A stretch of 64,000 nucleotides of DNA from the NCBI GenBank assembly GCA_013239625.1, contig MU054220.1:6855367-6919366 (forward strand). Direction: 5' to 3'. This document shows positions 46,947 through 59,389 of this stretch, in pieces (position 1 is the first letter of the stretch; each line of letters opens with the position of its first letter). Below the pieces are notes generated by a model that did not search any database, was not told the DNA's origin, and saw nothing but the letters and a program-made list of their open reading frames with translations. The DNA comes from Lama guanicoe. Lineage: Eukaryota. A program made the position numbers and the translations under genes.

Positions 46947-47559
46947 TTTCCAGTTTTCTCAAAATGTCATTGTCTGGATTTGGAGAGATACGGAGATTCT
47001 CTGAAAGAATCAGGTTGGTTTTGGTAAGACCCATCACACTGAAAATGTGCATAAACTTTATAACACAATAGGAAGTAGAATGTGGAATTACCTACCTATG
47101 GGTAGCAGATATTTCTTTAGGGTGCCTCCCACTCTCATTCCTAATAACATAAAAGACAATGAACCCAGGTCTCTGGGTTCTTCTCAACCCAGGGCTTCTT
47201 TGTAAAAACTTTGCAGAAACCACCAAATTCAGTTTTTTCCAAGTGTGAAAAAGGGCAGGTTTCAGAAGTTATACACTCATTCACTTACATCTTTACTTTC
47301 CTGAATATATTTTGCAGGGCTCATTTGTAGGTCTATTATTAAGCCAAATTCAAAGTACTCTACCAGAAGTCAAGTCGTCAATCTTACTAAGCCTCAAAAA
47401 TGAACAACTTTTTGTTGCCTGACATAGTTCTTTGGGGTTATTTGTTCCTTGAAGATTTAGAAGTATTTGTCTATAAAATCATTAGACTTGACTTTTGTTT
47501 GGATCAGGGGAATTGTAAGGGGGAGGGGTGGTAGGTGGTTGTGCTCACTGGAGAATGTA

Positions 47560-48760
47560 TTGTTTACTTCCAATTCCATTTCTTTAATGAGCATTCGTTT
47601 ATTCATGTTTCCTACACATTCTTTAATCAGTTTTGATATTTAATACTTTTCTTAAAAATTCTCTTTTAATAGGCTTTCTGATATTTTTGGCATAAAATTG
47701 TTCATGACACTCTACTACAATTTTAAAATAACAATTTTATTTCTAATTATAGTTTGTTATTTCTCTGAATTATTTCAAATGTTTCCTTTCCATTATCTGC
47801 TTTTCCATGGAGAAAAATTCACTATTGCTGAAAATCTCTGTGATCATTTTGTCACTGCTGCTGTTTTCTTTAATTTCTGCATTCATCCCAAACCGGTTTT
47901 CACATCTTTCTTTTTAAAAAATCTAATGTATTTAGTCAAATACAAAACCCACTAATATGCCATGTTTCTTTTTTTATAATATACATGTGTAATTAAAGCT
48001 TAAATTGTCATGAAAGTCTTATCATTGTAACCCTTAAATATTAAAAGTATAGTGTGTTCACTGTCATTCAGTTCCAAATATTTTATAATATTAAGTATAG
48101 TTTCTCTTATTTTTATGTGAATAATTTAGTTGGTCACAGTGTTCCATATATGTCAGTTAGGTTAAATTCACTCATTGGGTTCAAATCTTCCATAAACTTG
48201 ACGTTTTAATCAGCCAAAGTCATCAACAGGATTGGAACTAGTTTTAGTTTTGCTGAGAATCTTTATGATTCCTTTATAGTGATTGTTCCTATTTTTCTTA
48301 ATTTGTCATATTGCCTTGCTGTTTTGCTTTAAGTGACTAAGTGAGGTGTGTTAAAATCTGCTATGATTATTGGATTGCTTATTTCTCCTTTTACTTCTTC
48401 CATCTTTAGCTTTATATGTTTTGGGGCCATGTCATTGTTATTGGGTGCATCCAGATTTAGAAATGGTGCACCTTACAGTTGTATAACTTCAGGCTTAGTA
48501 GGGGTTCCCTCTGCTGTTGGAGTCTTTTTCCTGTCTCTATTTAGATATGAATTATTTTATTTAGCTCATCCCACTGGCTAAATTTCCTTCTTAATCCCTC
48601 ATATCTGGCAGTTCCTCCTCCACCTTATTTTTTTTTCCATAGCTGTGTATTTGTTGTTATCTTTCTTAGATTCATGTCCAACATTTCTGTTAGTTTTGTA
48701 ATGGGAAGTGTGTTCAGGTTAGTTTAATCTCTTATGTGGTCAGAATTAGAAATCCAAACC
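47560..48760 (-). mobile_element. Ancient L1M fragments (ORF2 endonuclease region and 5' end)
   Basis: GAGGTGTGTTAAAATCTGCTATGATTATTGGATTGCTTATTTCTCCTTT...TTATTGGGTGCAT is antisense L1 endonuclease-coding sequence. Confidence 0.6.
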
Positions 48761-48967
48761 ATAATAATTTGCCCAAAGAAAGGACTTACATTCTAACTAA
48801 ATAAATCTTATCTAAGGGATTCTTATTTCAAACAAAACGAGACAAAATAAAAGCTTTATTGCAGTCTATTTTTAGGAGATCTAATTTTCTAAATGATTTC
48901 AGAACTAGCAATTTATTCCTACCATTACCCCTACCAGTAACATCCCTAGTACTCTTTCTACACAAAG

Positions 48968-49225
48968 TAATAGTGGTTAGTAGCTAATACTTGCACGGTG
49001 CACATTCTGCGCTAGCTGCATTTTAAACTCCTTTGCCTGCATTAACTCCTCACTTAATCCTCACACAAATACTCTGAAGTAAATGTTATCACTATTCTCA
49101 CTTCACAAAGAAAGAGACTGAGGAATAAAAGTTAAGTAACTTACCCAAGATGACTTAATTATGAAATAACAGAAACAGAATCTGAACTCAGATGGTTGGG
49201 CTCGAAAGCCCCATGCCTCATCACA
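48968..49225 (-). mobile_element. MIR SINE (near full length)
   Basis: TAGCTAATACTT...CTTAATCCTCACA...CTCACTTCACAAAGAAAGAGACTGAGG...GTTAAGTAACTTACCCAAGATGAC...TCTGAACTCAGA. Confidence 0.9.
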
Positions 49226-49489
49226 ACATCAGGGCAGCATTTAGATATGGGTGTTTGGTCATTCCTTCCTTCAACCAGATGCAAAGACATGACTCTCAAT
49301 GCGTATTCCTTCCTTTATTTCTCTCTGAGAAGTCTCTGGTGCTTTGTGTTTGAGGTTGGAGTTGTGTGTGACAAGAGAGGGGCAGAAATGACACACAGAC
49401 TATTAGCAATCAAACTCAGAGGATGCTGTTTTGCCTGTATGTTGCCTAATGTGTAATAGGCATTCCAGAAAAAAAAATGTGGATAGTGA

Positions 49490-49700
49490 AAAATAATAGC
49501 TATCCTTAATTAGCATTTATCTTACGTCAGAAGTAGTGCTTTTTGCTTTCCATGGGTTATCTCATTTAAGATTAAAACAAGCTTTCTTAGTAAATACCAT
49601 TATTATACCCTTTTGCAGTTGAGGAAGCAACTCAGAAAGTAACTGTGACAAAGTCAGTGATCACCACCTGGATTTGAACTGAGGCCATGTGACTCTATCA
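49490..49700 (-). mobile_element. MIR SINE
   Basis: AATAATAGCTA...TTATCTCATTTAA...ATTATACCCTTTTGCAGTTGAGGAAGC...GGATTTGAACTGAGG. Confidence 0.8.
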
Positions 49701-51344
49701 TGAGTACAGATGATTATAAAGTGATTTTACCTCTCCAGGAAAGAATGAATGAAAAAATAGCCACGATTTTCCTTACAATCAAGCTTAGCCTGAAAACCTA
49801 GCTGAAACAGTTGTGAGATGTGGCATAATCATATGCTCTGCACGTCTTATTTTGATGTTTTCCTGGGCAGGTGGAACTTTAACACCTAGAGTTCTATAAG
49901 CATATTTAAACTTAGATTTTGTTTCAAAACATTAAGAAATAGACTATGGGAGTGAATGAAAGAAAAGTACAGACTGACATCAGTTTCTTTTCTGAAATCA
50001 ATATATTAAAACATTTGATATTGAGTTATATAAATTGTAATTATATATTGTGTTTCTGATTGAAGACAGCAGATAGGATATTATCATTATAAATATAATA
50101 ACTCAGTTCTTGATTGTATGTTTCTGTCAAAAGTCCCATCGAGATTTGGAATGCTGATGACATAAATACAATAAAAGCACCCTTTATTCACTTATCTCCA
50201 GTAAAACAACATTAGAAGAAGATACACTCCCTCTTCCTTATGGTCAGCACTTCAGGTCTCATGGTTCTCTGTTAAATTTCTTACTTGTTGGGATACAATT
50301 TGCAGAGATTCTGTCTTTTAGCATTAGTGTCTCTGCTTTGGCTTTCATTATAAATTATGTCTTTACACTTAAGTGGTGAAAACACCTTTGGAATGCCTTT
50401 GCGCTACTTTTGGAGTAATCATGGTCAGTGGGCACCCAGCGACTGTCAGGTCTGTAAAGGGGGTGGCCAGATGTGCAGGAAATGAGAGTGTGCGTTAATA
50501 TCAGGCCTGTGGGAGTGTCGGTGTCTTCTGGACCCTAAGAACCAGGAGAGCCTCGCTGCACCCTCACGTCCCTTAACTCTGGCTCTGTGTTATATACTCT
50601 GCAGAGTCAACACCATCATGTGGCAAAACGCACAACTGGAGACAGAGAGCGGGGCCCTTGTTAGACTGGGTCCCCGAGACAGATCTGCCACCGAACCCGA
50701 AGGGAATGAGAAGAGCTGTAACTACTTAAGAGTCCTAGTATGTAAGCAGTATGATGTGGCACTAAATGCAGCTCTTCGCATTCTAATATCAAGCCTGGAT
50801 GGCAGGCAGGGATGGAGGGTAGTCGTTATAAACCCCGTATTAGACGTCTGAAGCCACATCTGCCCATGGTTGGACTCCAAAATATCGCCCTTCCTTTTGT
50901 ATGCAGGACACATATAAGGACGAGTTAATATTTTTCCTGGTCTAGTGTTTACTATCAGATAAGTTCCTTTATTTTAATGATGTGGCATAGCTTTTTTAGG
51001 AACTATTAGCTCTTTGATTCAGATGTATGGAAAGACTACAGTGATTGAGTGCATCTAAGAAAACATCAACCTGCACCCTACTTCCACGTGAAAAATCTGA
51101 CTTTATCACCGAATATTTCTTACCCTTGCTCTTCTCCCTTAATCCAACTGTACTAATACCATGGATATAACTGGATACAAGGCTAGATGGGAGCTTCCTT
51201 ATTTCCTTTAGGTGGGACATTATTCTCTTTGAAATATCTTACTTTGTGTAGAACATATTCACTTTCAGCATTTAGAGATATTTATACCCAGAAAGTCCAA
51301 CTTGGGTCAGTCATTAGAGTAACCATTTTTGAAGTCAAAATATC

Positions 51345-51535
51345 TGTGGTGTAAGCAGAAAGGAACATGGAGACCGATGTAAGGTCTGGGTTTTAGCACT
51401 TCTTAAACAAGTCACTAGCTATATATTGTTGGTCATGTACCTTGTAATTTCACTAAACAGCAGTTGCTACAGTACATTCTAGAACCTTTCAAATTGTCTT
51501 GAGAATGATGTGGGACCACACATAAAAAATACACT
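51345..51535 (+). mobile_element. MIR SINE fragment
   Basis: GTGGTGTAAGCAGAAAGGAACATGG...TCTGGGTTTTAG...CACTAGCTAT...AATTGTCTTGAGAATGA. Confidence 0.5.
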
Positions 51536-52535
51536 GCTTTTTACTGGCAACTCAGAGGTAGCCAAATAGAGCTTATTAAATGAAAACAGAAGCAAAAATA
51601 TTTAAAATTCATAATGGTGGGAAATTATGATTAATTAAAAAGCTAAGTTTTCTTAAGAATGTTTCTCCATTAATTCATTTTAAATACTAGCTGTAATTCA
51701 GCCTCGTTCAATTCACCAGCCTCTCTGGGGGGATCCTTTATTCCTGGCAGAAGTTTGACAACTTGTGGCTTCATGATATATGGATTATATTTTAACAGAG
51801 GGATCAACAGCTCATCCAAGTACCTCTGACTCAAGAGGGAAATAACACTTTTAGGTGGAAGCCTGCGATAGACTTGGACATCTGCATAATGACAAATTAG
51901 CATAGGTTTACACAGTACACAGCTCCATTAAAATTTTGATGTCTTAGAAAGGAACAGAAGGTTGTTAATTTCCTAAGGGAAAATCTCTGGACGATGTAAA
52001 GACCTGAAACAAAATCCACCCAATGTGACAGGCGGGTTGTGAATGACTGAAAAGATGGAAAAGCCCAAGTTCATCACAGGACAAGTGTGTTGCATTGTTC
52101 CTAACAAACAGTGGCCCGTTGCAGCTTGGGTGATAACAGCCCTCTCATTTTTTTAAGGGAGGCTGAAAATGTGTAGGCTCTCTCTCTCCTGTTTGGTGAG
52201 AGGTGACATAGCATAAGCCTGTTCATATGACCTAAGAGCATAGTTTTCTCATGCAAATACCTGTGCAAATGGAGACGAGGGAAATCAGGAAAGAGGAAGG
52301 ACAGAAACGTGAGAAGAAGGAAGGGAGAGTGGAGGAGGGGAGGGAGGACAAGAAGAATTGGGATGAGGTGGGGGGAGAAAAGGAAAAGAAAAAAGAAAAC
52401 TAGGGAATCTGCCTGATTTTATGACTTAGCAGCCACATGACTATGGGACAAAAGGTGGCTTAATGTGTCAGAGGCTCTGAGATCTGCTTACACGTCCGGC
52501 CACACTCTGCAAATGGGAATAACAAGAAATCACTG

Positions 52536-53125
52536 TGTTAACGGAGAGCGGGTTCTTGTCCCGTGGCAGAAAGAATCCAGAGATGAGAGAGGAGGTCAAG
52601 GAAGCAAAGCAAGGATTTCAGTAGGACACTCTCAAGGGGAGAGCGGGCAGAGCCAGGCGAGGAGCTGCCCAGAGGTTCTTCCGCAAGCTGGTTATATGGA
52701 CTGTGAAAATGAACGGGGGGAGTATTCATAGGGGAGGCAGGGGCTTTGCGTCGTATTTCCTGATTTTCATCCCAGCTCCACCCTCCTAAGGGGAGCAGGG
52801 ATTTTTGTCCTTATTTAGTCTTGATTGGAAGTGTCATGGCGTCAGTGCATGATGGGTACTTCTGATCTACAAGGCTGATTTTATTGTAATGAGGGCATCA
52901 TGAGCAAAACTTCAGACACCAGAGAGTCCCACCTTTCCCCACCTTTCCTTGTCTGCCTCTAGGATTTTTGTCACTCCAGAATGTGTGGTTTTCTGTCAGT
53001 CCACAAGTTCCTGTTTTTCTCCGTCTGCCCAACAACCCCCATTGTTTACAAGATGTATACTTCCCTGCCATTTGGCCCGTGGCCCCCTTTCACTGCTCAC
53101 ATCTAGCTCTCTTCCTGCTCTAACA
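52536..53125 (-). mobile_element. ERV1-class solo LTR (590 bp, relatively young)
   Basis: Perfect inverted termini TGTTA...TAACA and 4-bp TSD ACTG (52532-52535) / ACTC (53126-53129). Minus-strand TATAA near 52692-52696 and CCAATC near 52823-52828. Many CpGs retained. Confidence 0.85.
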
Positions 53126-53829
53126 ACTCCTGTCCTTCCATTAGGACTAACAGTAGGAATTTGTGAGCAAAAGGTGACTTCACTGCAAATCTGTCTGGGA
53201 CGGTGGGTTTCTGTAGAGGTCTTCAAACTCCACGGGCAGCAGGAGAACATAGGAAAGTGATTCGCAAAACTTGCGCCACCCAAAACTCCTCTAGCATTTT
53301 CCTTCTGTCACATGAACCCCATAATCTGCATTGCTTTCTACTGAGTAGAGTCCCTGGATTTAATGCTATGTAGTGTGTCTTCCGCATCCTTATTAAGCAG
53401 TCAGCTGTATATTTCTACTGTCATTCCAGACTGATACTAGAAAACACAGTTTCCTCCCTGCGTTGATTTAAATCCAGACACAAAGACACCTGGCCTTTTA
53501 GACAGCCTTTGTCTTGTTGTAGATGATGCTAGTCACGGCCTCTTTTGAAATATTGACAATAACACCGGGTATTGTTTAAGTGGGAGATTAATAAACATAT
53601 AAAATGATAATGTTCAAGTAAAAAGGGGAGTGAATTGAGACAGAAAACTTCAGACCAGCTGGGGGAATGAATAAAGATGTAAGTGAGGTAGGAAGGAGAC
53701 CCTGGGGCCCCCTGATAATGTTAAGCAGGTGTTCACTTTCCCCTCACCTTTCTACCTGATTATGACTGGTATGTGGCCCACCCTTCCATGTTCTTAGCCC
53801 CAGATAAGTGGAGAGATGCATTAGAAGGT

Positions 53830-54075
53830 GGAAGCAATGGTTATAGAGTCAGACCCTGCTCCTTGCTAGGGGAGAGATTTAAGAGAATCTCTTGTTTTCC
53901 TGAGCTCTGCTTTTCCAGCTGTAAAATGTGGACACAGATCTGTGTGATCTTGGTAGCTCCTATTCTAACGTGCTGTCAATTTTTTTTAACACCAATTTCT
54001 CAGAGCCTCATTTTTCTTATCTGTAAAAACGGGAAGAATGCCTACATCACAAGGTGACTTTGCAAATTAAAAGAT
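53830..54075 (+). mobile_element. MIR SINE fragments (two tandem cores)
   Basis: CTGAGCTCTGCTTTTCCAGCTGTAAAATG and CTCAGAGCCTCATTTTTCTTATCTGTAAAAACGGG...CCTACATCACAAGGTG. Confidence 0.75.
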
Positions 54076-54289
54076 AGCAGTTGAACATCTTTCCCTATAC
54101 GAATCTATGTAATTCCTGAATTTAGTTATCAAGAGTTTATTGAACAGGTATGACACTGTTTGAGTCTATTTGAGTCCGGTATTTCACACAGCAAGTGATG
54201 AGTTTTTGGATAGTGAGGATTTATCAGATGATTTTAGTTCCTGGATAGCTATGGAAGCACCTTGCACGTAGGCAACCCTCAGTAAAGAT

Positions 54290-54395
54290 TTACTCTGGTT
54301 TCCTTGACCGTGAGGATAGAGACAGCCTTGCTCAGCTTTGCACCCCCAGTACACAGCACGGTGCCTGACAGTCAGGAGTGCCCCGTGGAGGTCTG
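54290..54395 (+). mobile_element. L2 LINE 3' end fragment
   Basis: CCGTGAGGATAGAGAC...CTTTGCACCCCCAGTACACAGCACGGTGCCTGACA. Confidence 0.75.
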
Positions 54396-54442
54396 TGGCC
54401 CTCAGGCAAGTCATGGGATCTTGTTGGGTCTCAAGTCCTGGG

Positions 54443-54815
54443 CTGTAAAATGTGCTCAACAGTATCCATCCCCCATGGAGTGGTTGGAAAAATGGTAAAC
54501 GATCGTTTCAAAAAGGGTAAAATCATGACTCTCATACAGATAACAAAGTGAAGAAGTGTGAAAGATTTTACATAACTCATTAATCAGTGAGAGAACCAGG
54601 AGTGATATAACCAGTTAAAAAGAAAAATCCAAAACAAAGACACATTTATAGATTCAGAATATTGAAATTAACGTGCTAAGGAGGTAAAACTAGCTTCTTG
54701 CACAAAGTTAATTGAACCTCTACTAGACAGGATAAAATATGTCTATAGAGAAGAATTATTTTGTACTGCTAACAGCTATGTATATTTTACAGAGTTGTAA
54801 ATTCTGTAGAATTCT
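54443..54815. mobile_element. TcMar-Tigger-like DNA transposon relic
   Basis: CTGTAAAATGTGCTCAAC start and CTCATTAATCAGTGAGAGAACCAG resemble recalled old Tigger consensus; tentative. Confidence 0.4.
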
Positions 54816-56207
54816 TCCATAGAATCAGAATCACATAAGCAGAAAGGTGTGCTGTGGACAATGTATACAGTTTTCCATTGAAGCACAACATTTTCCCCAC
54901 ATAAGTAAGTTAGATAATCATGTAAATTACTTAGCTTGTGCCTAGCACATAGCAGATTTCCGATAAATGGTTATTTTTAAAAATTGTAACGAGGAAGCAG
55001 TGACAATGATACAGACTATTTTGTAGAGACTCAATAAATTGAATCAGAACTTCAGCTCGAACAATGACTTAATCTATATTTTAGATGAGGTATTTTTCCT
55101 CTCATGAAATTCAGGGTCCTCCTCCTCTTTTTTAACTCTTAGCTCTACTTTATTTCTATAACACGTGCTAAGAAGAGTCTGCAAATTGCTGAGCAAATTT
55201 AGACATTTCTCTCTAGAGTTAAATATTGTCCTAATGGGAATTCTTACAATAGCACAGAATGACATTGAGGAAAACCAAGTTCGACACAAACTTAACAATG
55301 GCTGTTTATTTATGTATTTGAGGAAAGAAGACTCCTCTGCTGTCACTTTTGTTTAAGCAATGGTTCAAAGTGTTGAAAAGGGGAGTTAATTTTATGGAGT
55401 CAAGGGACATATTACTGAGACTGTATCTAATTGGCAAGGGTTCTATTAAGTTCAGGAGATTTTCTAAATGGTACATTTGACAGTTCTTGGTTGGCTGTAA
55501 GGGAACAAGAAAGAAGTTTGGGGATGTTTCAAAAGAGGAAGTATTGTTCACTGTGCAAGCAGAGGATTTTCTGTGTCTGATCGCCTAGAACAAGAAGAGG
55601 TCCATGGGGTTCTTTGTTGATGTCATAATGATTGTAATAGGTTTGGAGGAGAGAACCACAATGACTGATGGTTTCTGAATATAAACCAGTTAATATAAGA
55701 GAGAGTTAAAACATTAATATGGTTTAGATGTGAATGAAATGATTTTGTTGAATTTAGTTAAAGTAGCCCATGAATCCAAAATAGACCTTTGAAATTTCAG
55801 GTCAAAACAATTGTGATGGGGAAAAGAAAAATTATGTGGTTAAGGAATCTGACCTTATGATATGACATATAATGACATGAAATTTATTACAAGTTTTTCC
55901 CTGGAAGTCAGCATAGCCCAATGTCCAAGTCACTCTTTTTCTTTTGTCTTAAGACAGATTCAGTGTGAAAATGTTTTTTGATATTAATTATTTAGACAAA
56001 GCAAAACAATAATTGATGGTCCTCTCCCACTCCTGAGTAACAAAAGAGTAAGAGCAATGGATCGAGCTTAGCTGGTCTTAAAATCTGACCTCCCTGACTT
56101 CTAAGTTTTTTCCCTATGATCTGAAAAATGAAGCTAATAACCACATGCCAGACAGAGACCTATAGGTAATGAGTGCTTAGAAAAGTAGTTATACGAATTG
56201 AGTAAGA

Positions 56208-56298
56208 TTATACATATTGTATATATTTCAAATATTATACATATATATGATATATGTTTATATATATTACATATATATATATTCTATATATGCTATAT
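56208..56298. repeat. Degenerate (TA)n low-complexity tract
   Basis: Read directly. Confidence 0.8.
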
Positions 56299-56799
56299 AA
56301 CTGGCAAAACCCCAGGCCCATGGTAACTTCTCAAATTTAAACTGTTTTTCACCTTCTCAGGTCATGCAAGAACAAGAACATTTAGTGAAGTCTATTACAT
56401 TGAGCCCCTATACATTTTTAGGAAGCCTTTGTCATTTACCTGGGCTTCTACTAGGTGTTAATTATAGATACAAAACAACATTAACATGTAATATAGTTCT
56501 TAAAAGGGAAATTTTTTTCTTCCTACCCTTTCTGGTCAACCAATAATAAAAATACTCAAGTATTTTTGGTGTGAGTTATGAGTGCTATAATCTATTTGAT
56601 CAACCATCATTTATTGAACATTATATATTCCTAAATATATCCTTTTATTCTGTTTTATACAGGAGTTACTGGGAGAGCAGAGATAACCTGTGTAGAATAA
56701 CAATATGGAAACATCCTGAAACCGCGCTGGAGTCTCAGTAAGTTGACTGGATTCAGATTTCACAAGCAGGGATACTGGTCCGTGGACAATTGGCTACAG

Positions 56800-57600
56800 G
56801 TAAGTGAGAGGTATCATTTACCCTTTAGGCTCTTGCAAAGATTGATTGACTGCGGGGTTGTTAATTACCTTTCAGATGATTGTAATTTTCCTTCGGCACA
56901 GCTGACAGCTTCCCTTCCCTCCCAAACGTACACGTGTGGATGCCAACATATGGCTAAATGTCTGGCCATTTCATCTTGTTCATTTGGGCTTCAGTCAATT
57001 ACAAAAGGAGGAAGCAGGGGGGAGAAAAGGACCCACCTCATAAAACTTTTACTAGTAGTGATTTATGCGGAGGGGTGGGAGTCAAACTGTTCCTGGAACA
57101 GATGTTTCTTTGCACTGCCCCGGGAGTTGAGAGAGCAGCAGACCGGTCTGCCCAGGATTCAGGATGGAACAAGCAGACAAATGGTGGTGCTCTCCTCCCC
57201 CCTCCCCTCTCCCCCCCTTTTTTTTTTTGAAACTGGGGCAGCAGTTAGGTCATTAATGTGAAACAAAGTGTTTGGGAAAGGTAAGCGGCTTTTTATTCTC
57301 CCTTTGAAAACCTGGTGAAAACCTGGGAAGCTTGGTGGGGTGACAACATGACAGCATTTTCTCTTGGGCTCTTGGGAAAGCTGAGCTTGTCTGAAAGAAC
57401 CAGTCTGGAGCAAGCAAAGTGCAAGCGACTCATACAAGTGGCAGTTTGTGGGCTGAGGGCACGGGACGTGGCATCCTCTGTAGTTAAACGTTGTCTTATC
57501 AGCAGTCAAGGCCACTTGAGCCTAGAAATAGGAGTTGTCCAGCTCTGTGAAATGGAAATAATCTGTTCATTCATCTGTGGGGTTTCACAGATGTGTTGAG
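56800..57600. promoter_or_regulatory. Candidate enhancer / regulatory block
   Basis: No recognisable repeat and higher GC/CpG than the flanks. Motifs TGATTGAC, TAATTA, CAGCTGACAG, CACGTG, TGATTTATG and ACAAAG. Function is inferred only. Confidence 0.4.
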
Positions 57601-58607
57601 GTGAAAAAAAAAAAAAGTAAAATCAAGTTATAGTGGCATTAAACTGCATCTCTGGCAAGGGAGACATTTATGCTTGCCATCTTAATTGGCAAATACTTAC
57701 TTGAATCATTCATGCTGTTTTAAGAGGGGAGTAGAAATGTTATTAGAACCTGGCACCAGGGCAGGAGGAGTTGCTCATACATTGTCTTGTGAGTATTTAG
57801 CTCTCTCTGGGTCGCATGTCTAACAGCTCTCTGTCCTGAATCCGTAGCTGAAGAGCTTCCCTGAAGGCAACTATTCTTTCTTGCATCAAGTCCATCACAT
57901 TATGTAGATTAAGCTAAACAGAAGGCATGTTATCTGTCTTCCGGGAAACCACTTAGTCTTGAGAGTCACATAAGAACATAGATATGGAGGTTTTTTTCTA
58001 GCATGTAAAGTGCTCTCTAAAGATGAGGAGGTAACGGTAAGATGGAGATGAGGCAGCAGCCCCTCAAGAGGTACACGAGCCAATAAAGAGAAGAGACTCG
58101 ACGTGCTCTTGGTTGTTTTGGTCACTTGCTTTTTGTTTTTAGGGCTTTTTGAAGTGCGTGTGATGGTCCTCTCTCTTTGCCTTCACTCTCAGTCCTTCTG
58201 TCTGTTCAGAAGAGAGGATGCTGTTTCCTTTTACTTAGACTCTTGTGTTTGTAGAGGAGAGACTCATGTAAGTGACGCAAGTGAAAAGAGAGTTATTCTG
58301 TTCACATGTGTGGGCTGGAACTGAAACAGAATTTGAAAACAAGGGGGGAAAAAGAAAGTTCTAGAACCCTCTTATATGTTTGTACCATCCTCATAAGCAA
58401 CAGGGAACTTATTCTCTTTGCGACTCTGATTCTCCCTGAATATATGTTCTATTCATTCCCCGCCCCCATCTCTCAGCTTCTGCTTGCTTTTCTGCTCCTT
58501 CTTGTATTTGCTTCTCTCATCATTTTGCTTTGTGCATAGCTTCTCATGGCCCCTCTAGCCACCTCCCATTTATTCAGCTTCAAATCCTGCTGCTAACTGC
58601 CTGCATC

Positions 58608-59389
58608 TGTTGTGTTACACTCAGGGAAACAGAAACCACACCAGTGATTTCAACAGATAAATTCTAAGAATTATTAACCAGATATTGGAGAATTAAAAAT
58701 GCAAAAACGGACACCAATGAATCACTGAGGTAGAAGCTTCAGGGAGTGGCTACACTGGCTGCAGGGACAACAGGCAAGAGTTTGAGGTGGTTAGAATTCA
58801 GAATGTTGGAGGAGCTTTATGGAACTGGAATTCAGTAGCTTTGGGTAGAAGTGTTGCCTGAAGGTAGAGGAACTTTGAAAGCGTGGGTGGGGCCGGGGGT
58901 GGAGGATTGTACTCCATTTCGCTGGAATCCATGTCTCTAAGAAGAGCTATGCCAGCTAGCTGGTGTAGTGGCCTCGGGAGCTCCGATTAGGGAGCACAAA
59001 GACCTGGGACTCAGGATTTTGTGAGGAATGCTGTTGAGCCGATGTCCCAGTGTGGAGAATTAGAAGGGAACCCACAGGCAGAGCTGGGACCGCATCTCTG
59101 AAGAAGGGGTCCCAGGCAGTGAGCACTGTTGTATCACCTGGAGAGGGGCTGATGAAGCTGTTTCTAGGCGTGCAGACAAAATGCAGAGCGGAACCAGCTG
59201 TTTTGCAGGGAGACACTGTCGGGAACATTCTCTCTGACTGTCCAGTCTCCCTCTAGCTTTCTCTGTTGGCAGAAACAGGGAGTGAGGTGACAAAGGAGAA
59301 CTGTGCTTTGCCCAGACCCAGGCTCAGTATTTCAAAGCAAAATAAAAGATGGATTTGAACTGAGACATATTAACTTAATAGTGGGCACA
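58608..59389 (-). mobile_element. Ancient solo LTR (LTR78/LTR79-like)
   Basis: Starts TGTTGTG..CTCAGGGAAACAGAAACCAC and ends GGATTTGAACTGAGACATATTAACTTAATAGTGGGCACA. Subfamily name from memory. Confidence 0.6.

Noticed and set aside
56743..57261. 172-aa ORF as a protein-coding gene
   Set aside because: Starts at TTG, has no recognisable domain, crosses low-complexity C and T runs, and lacks matching exon structure.
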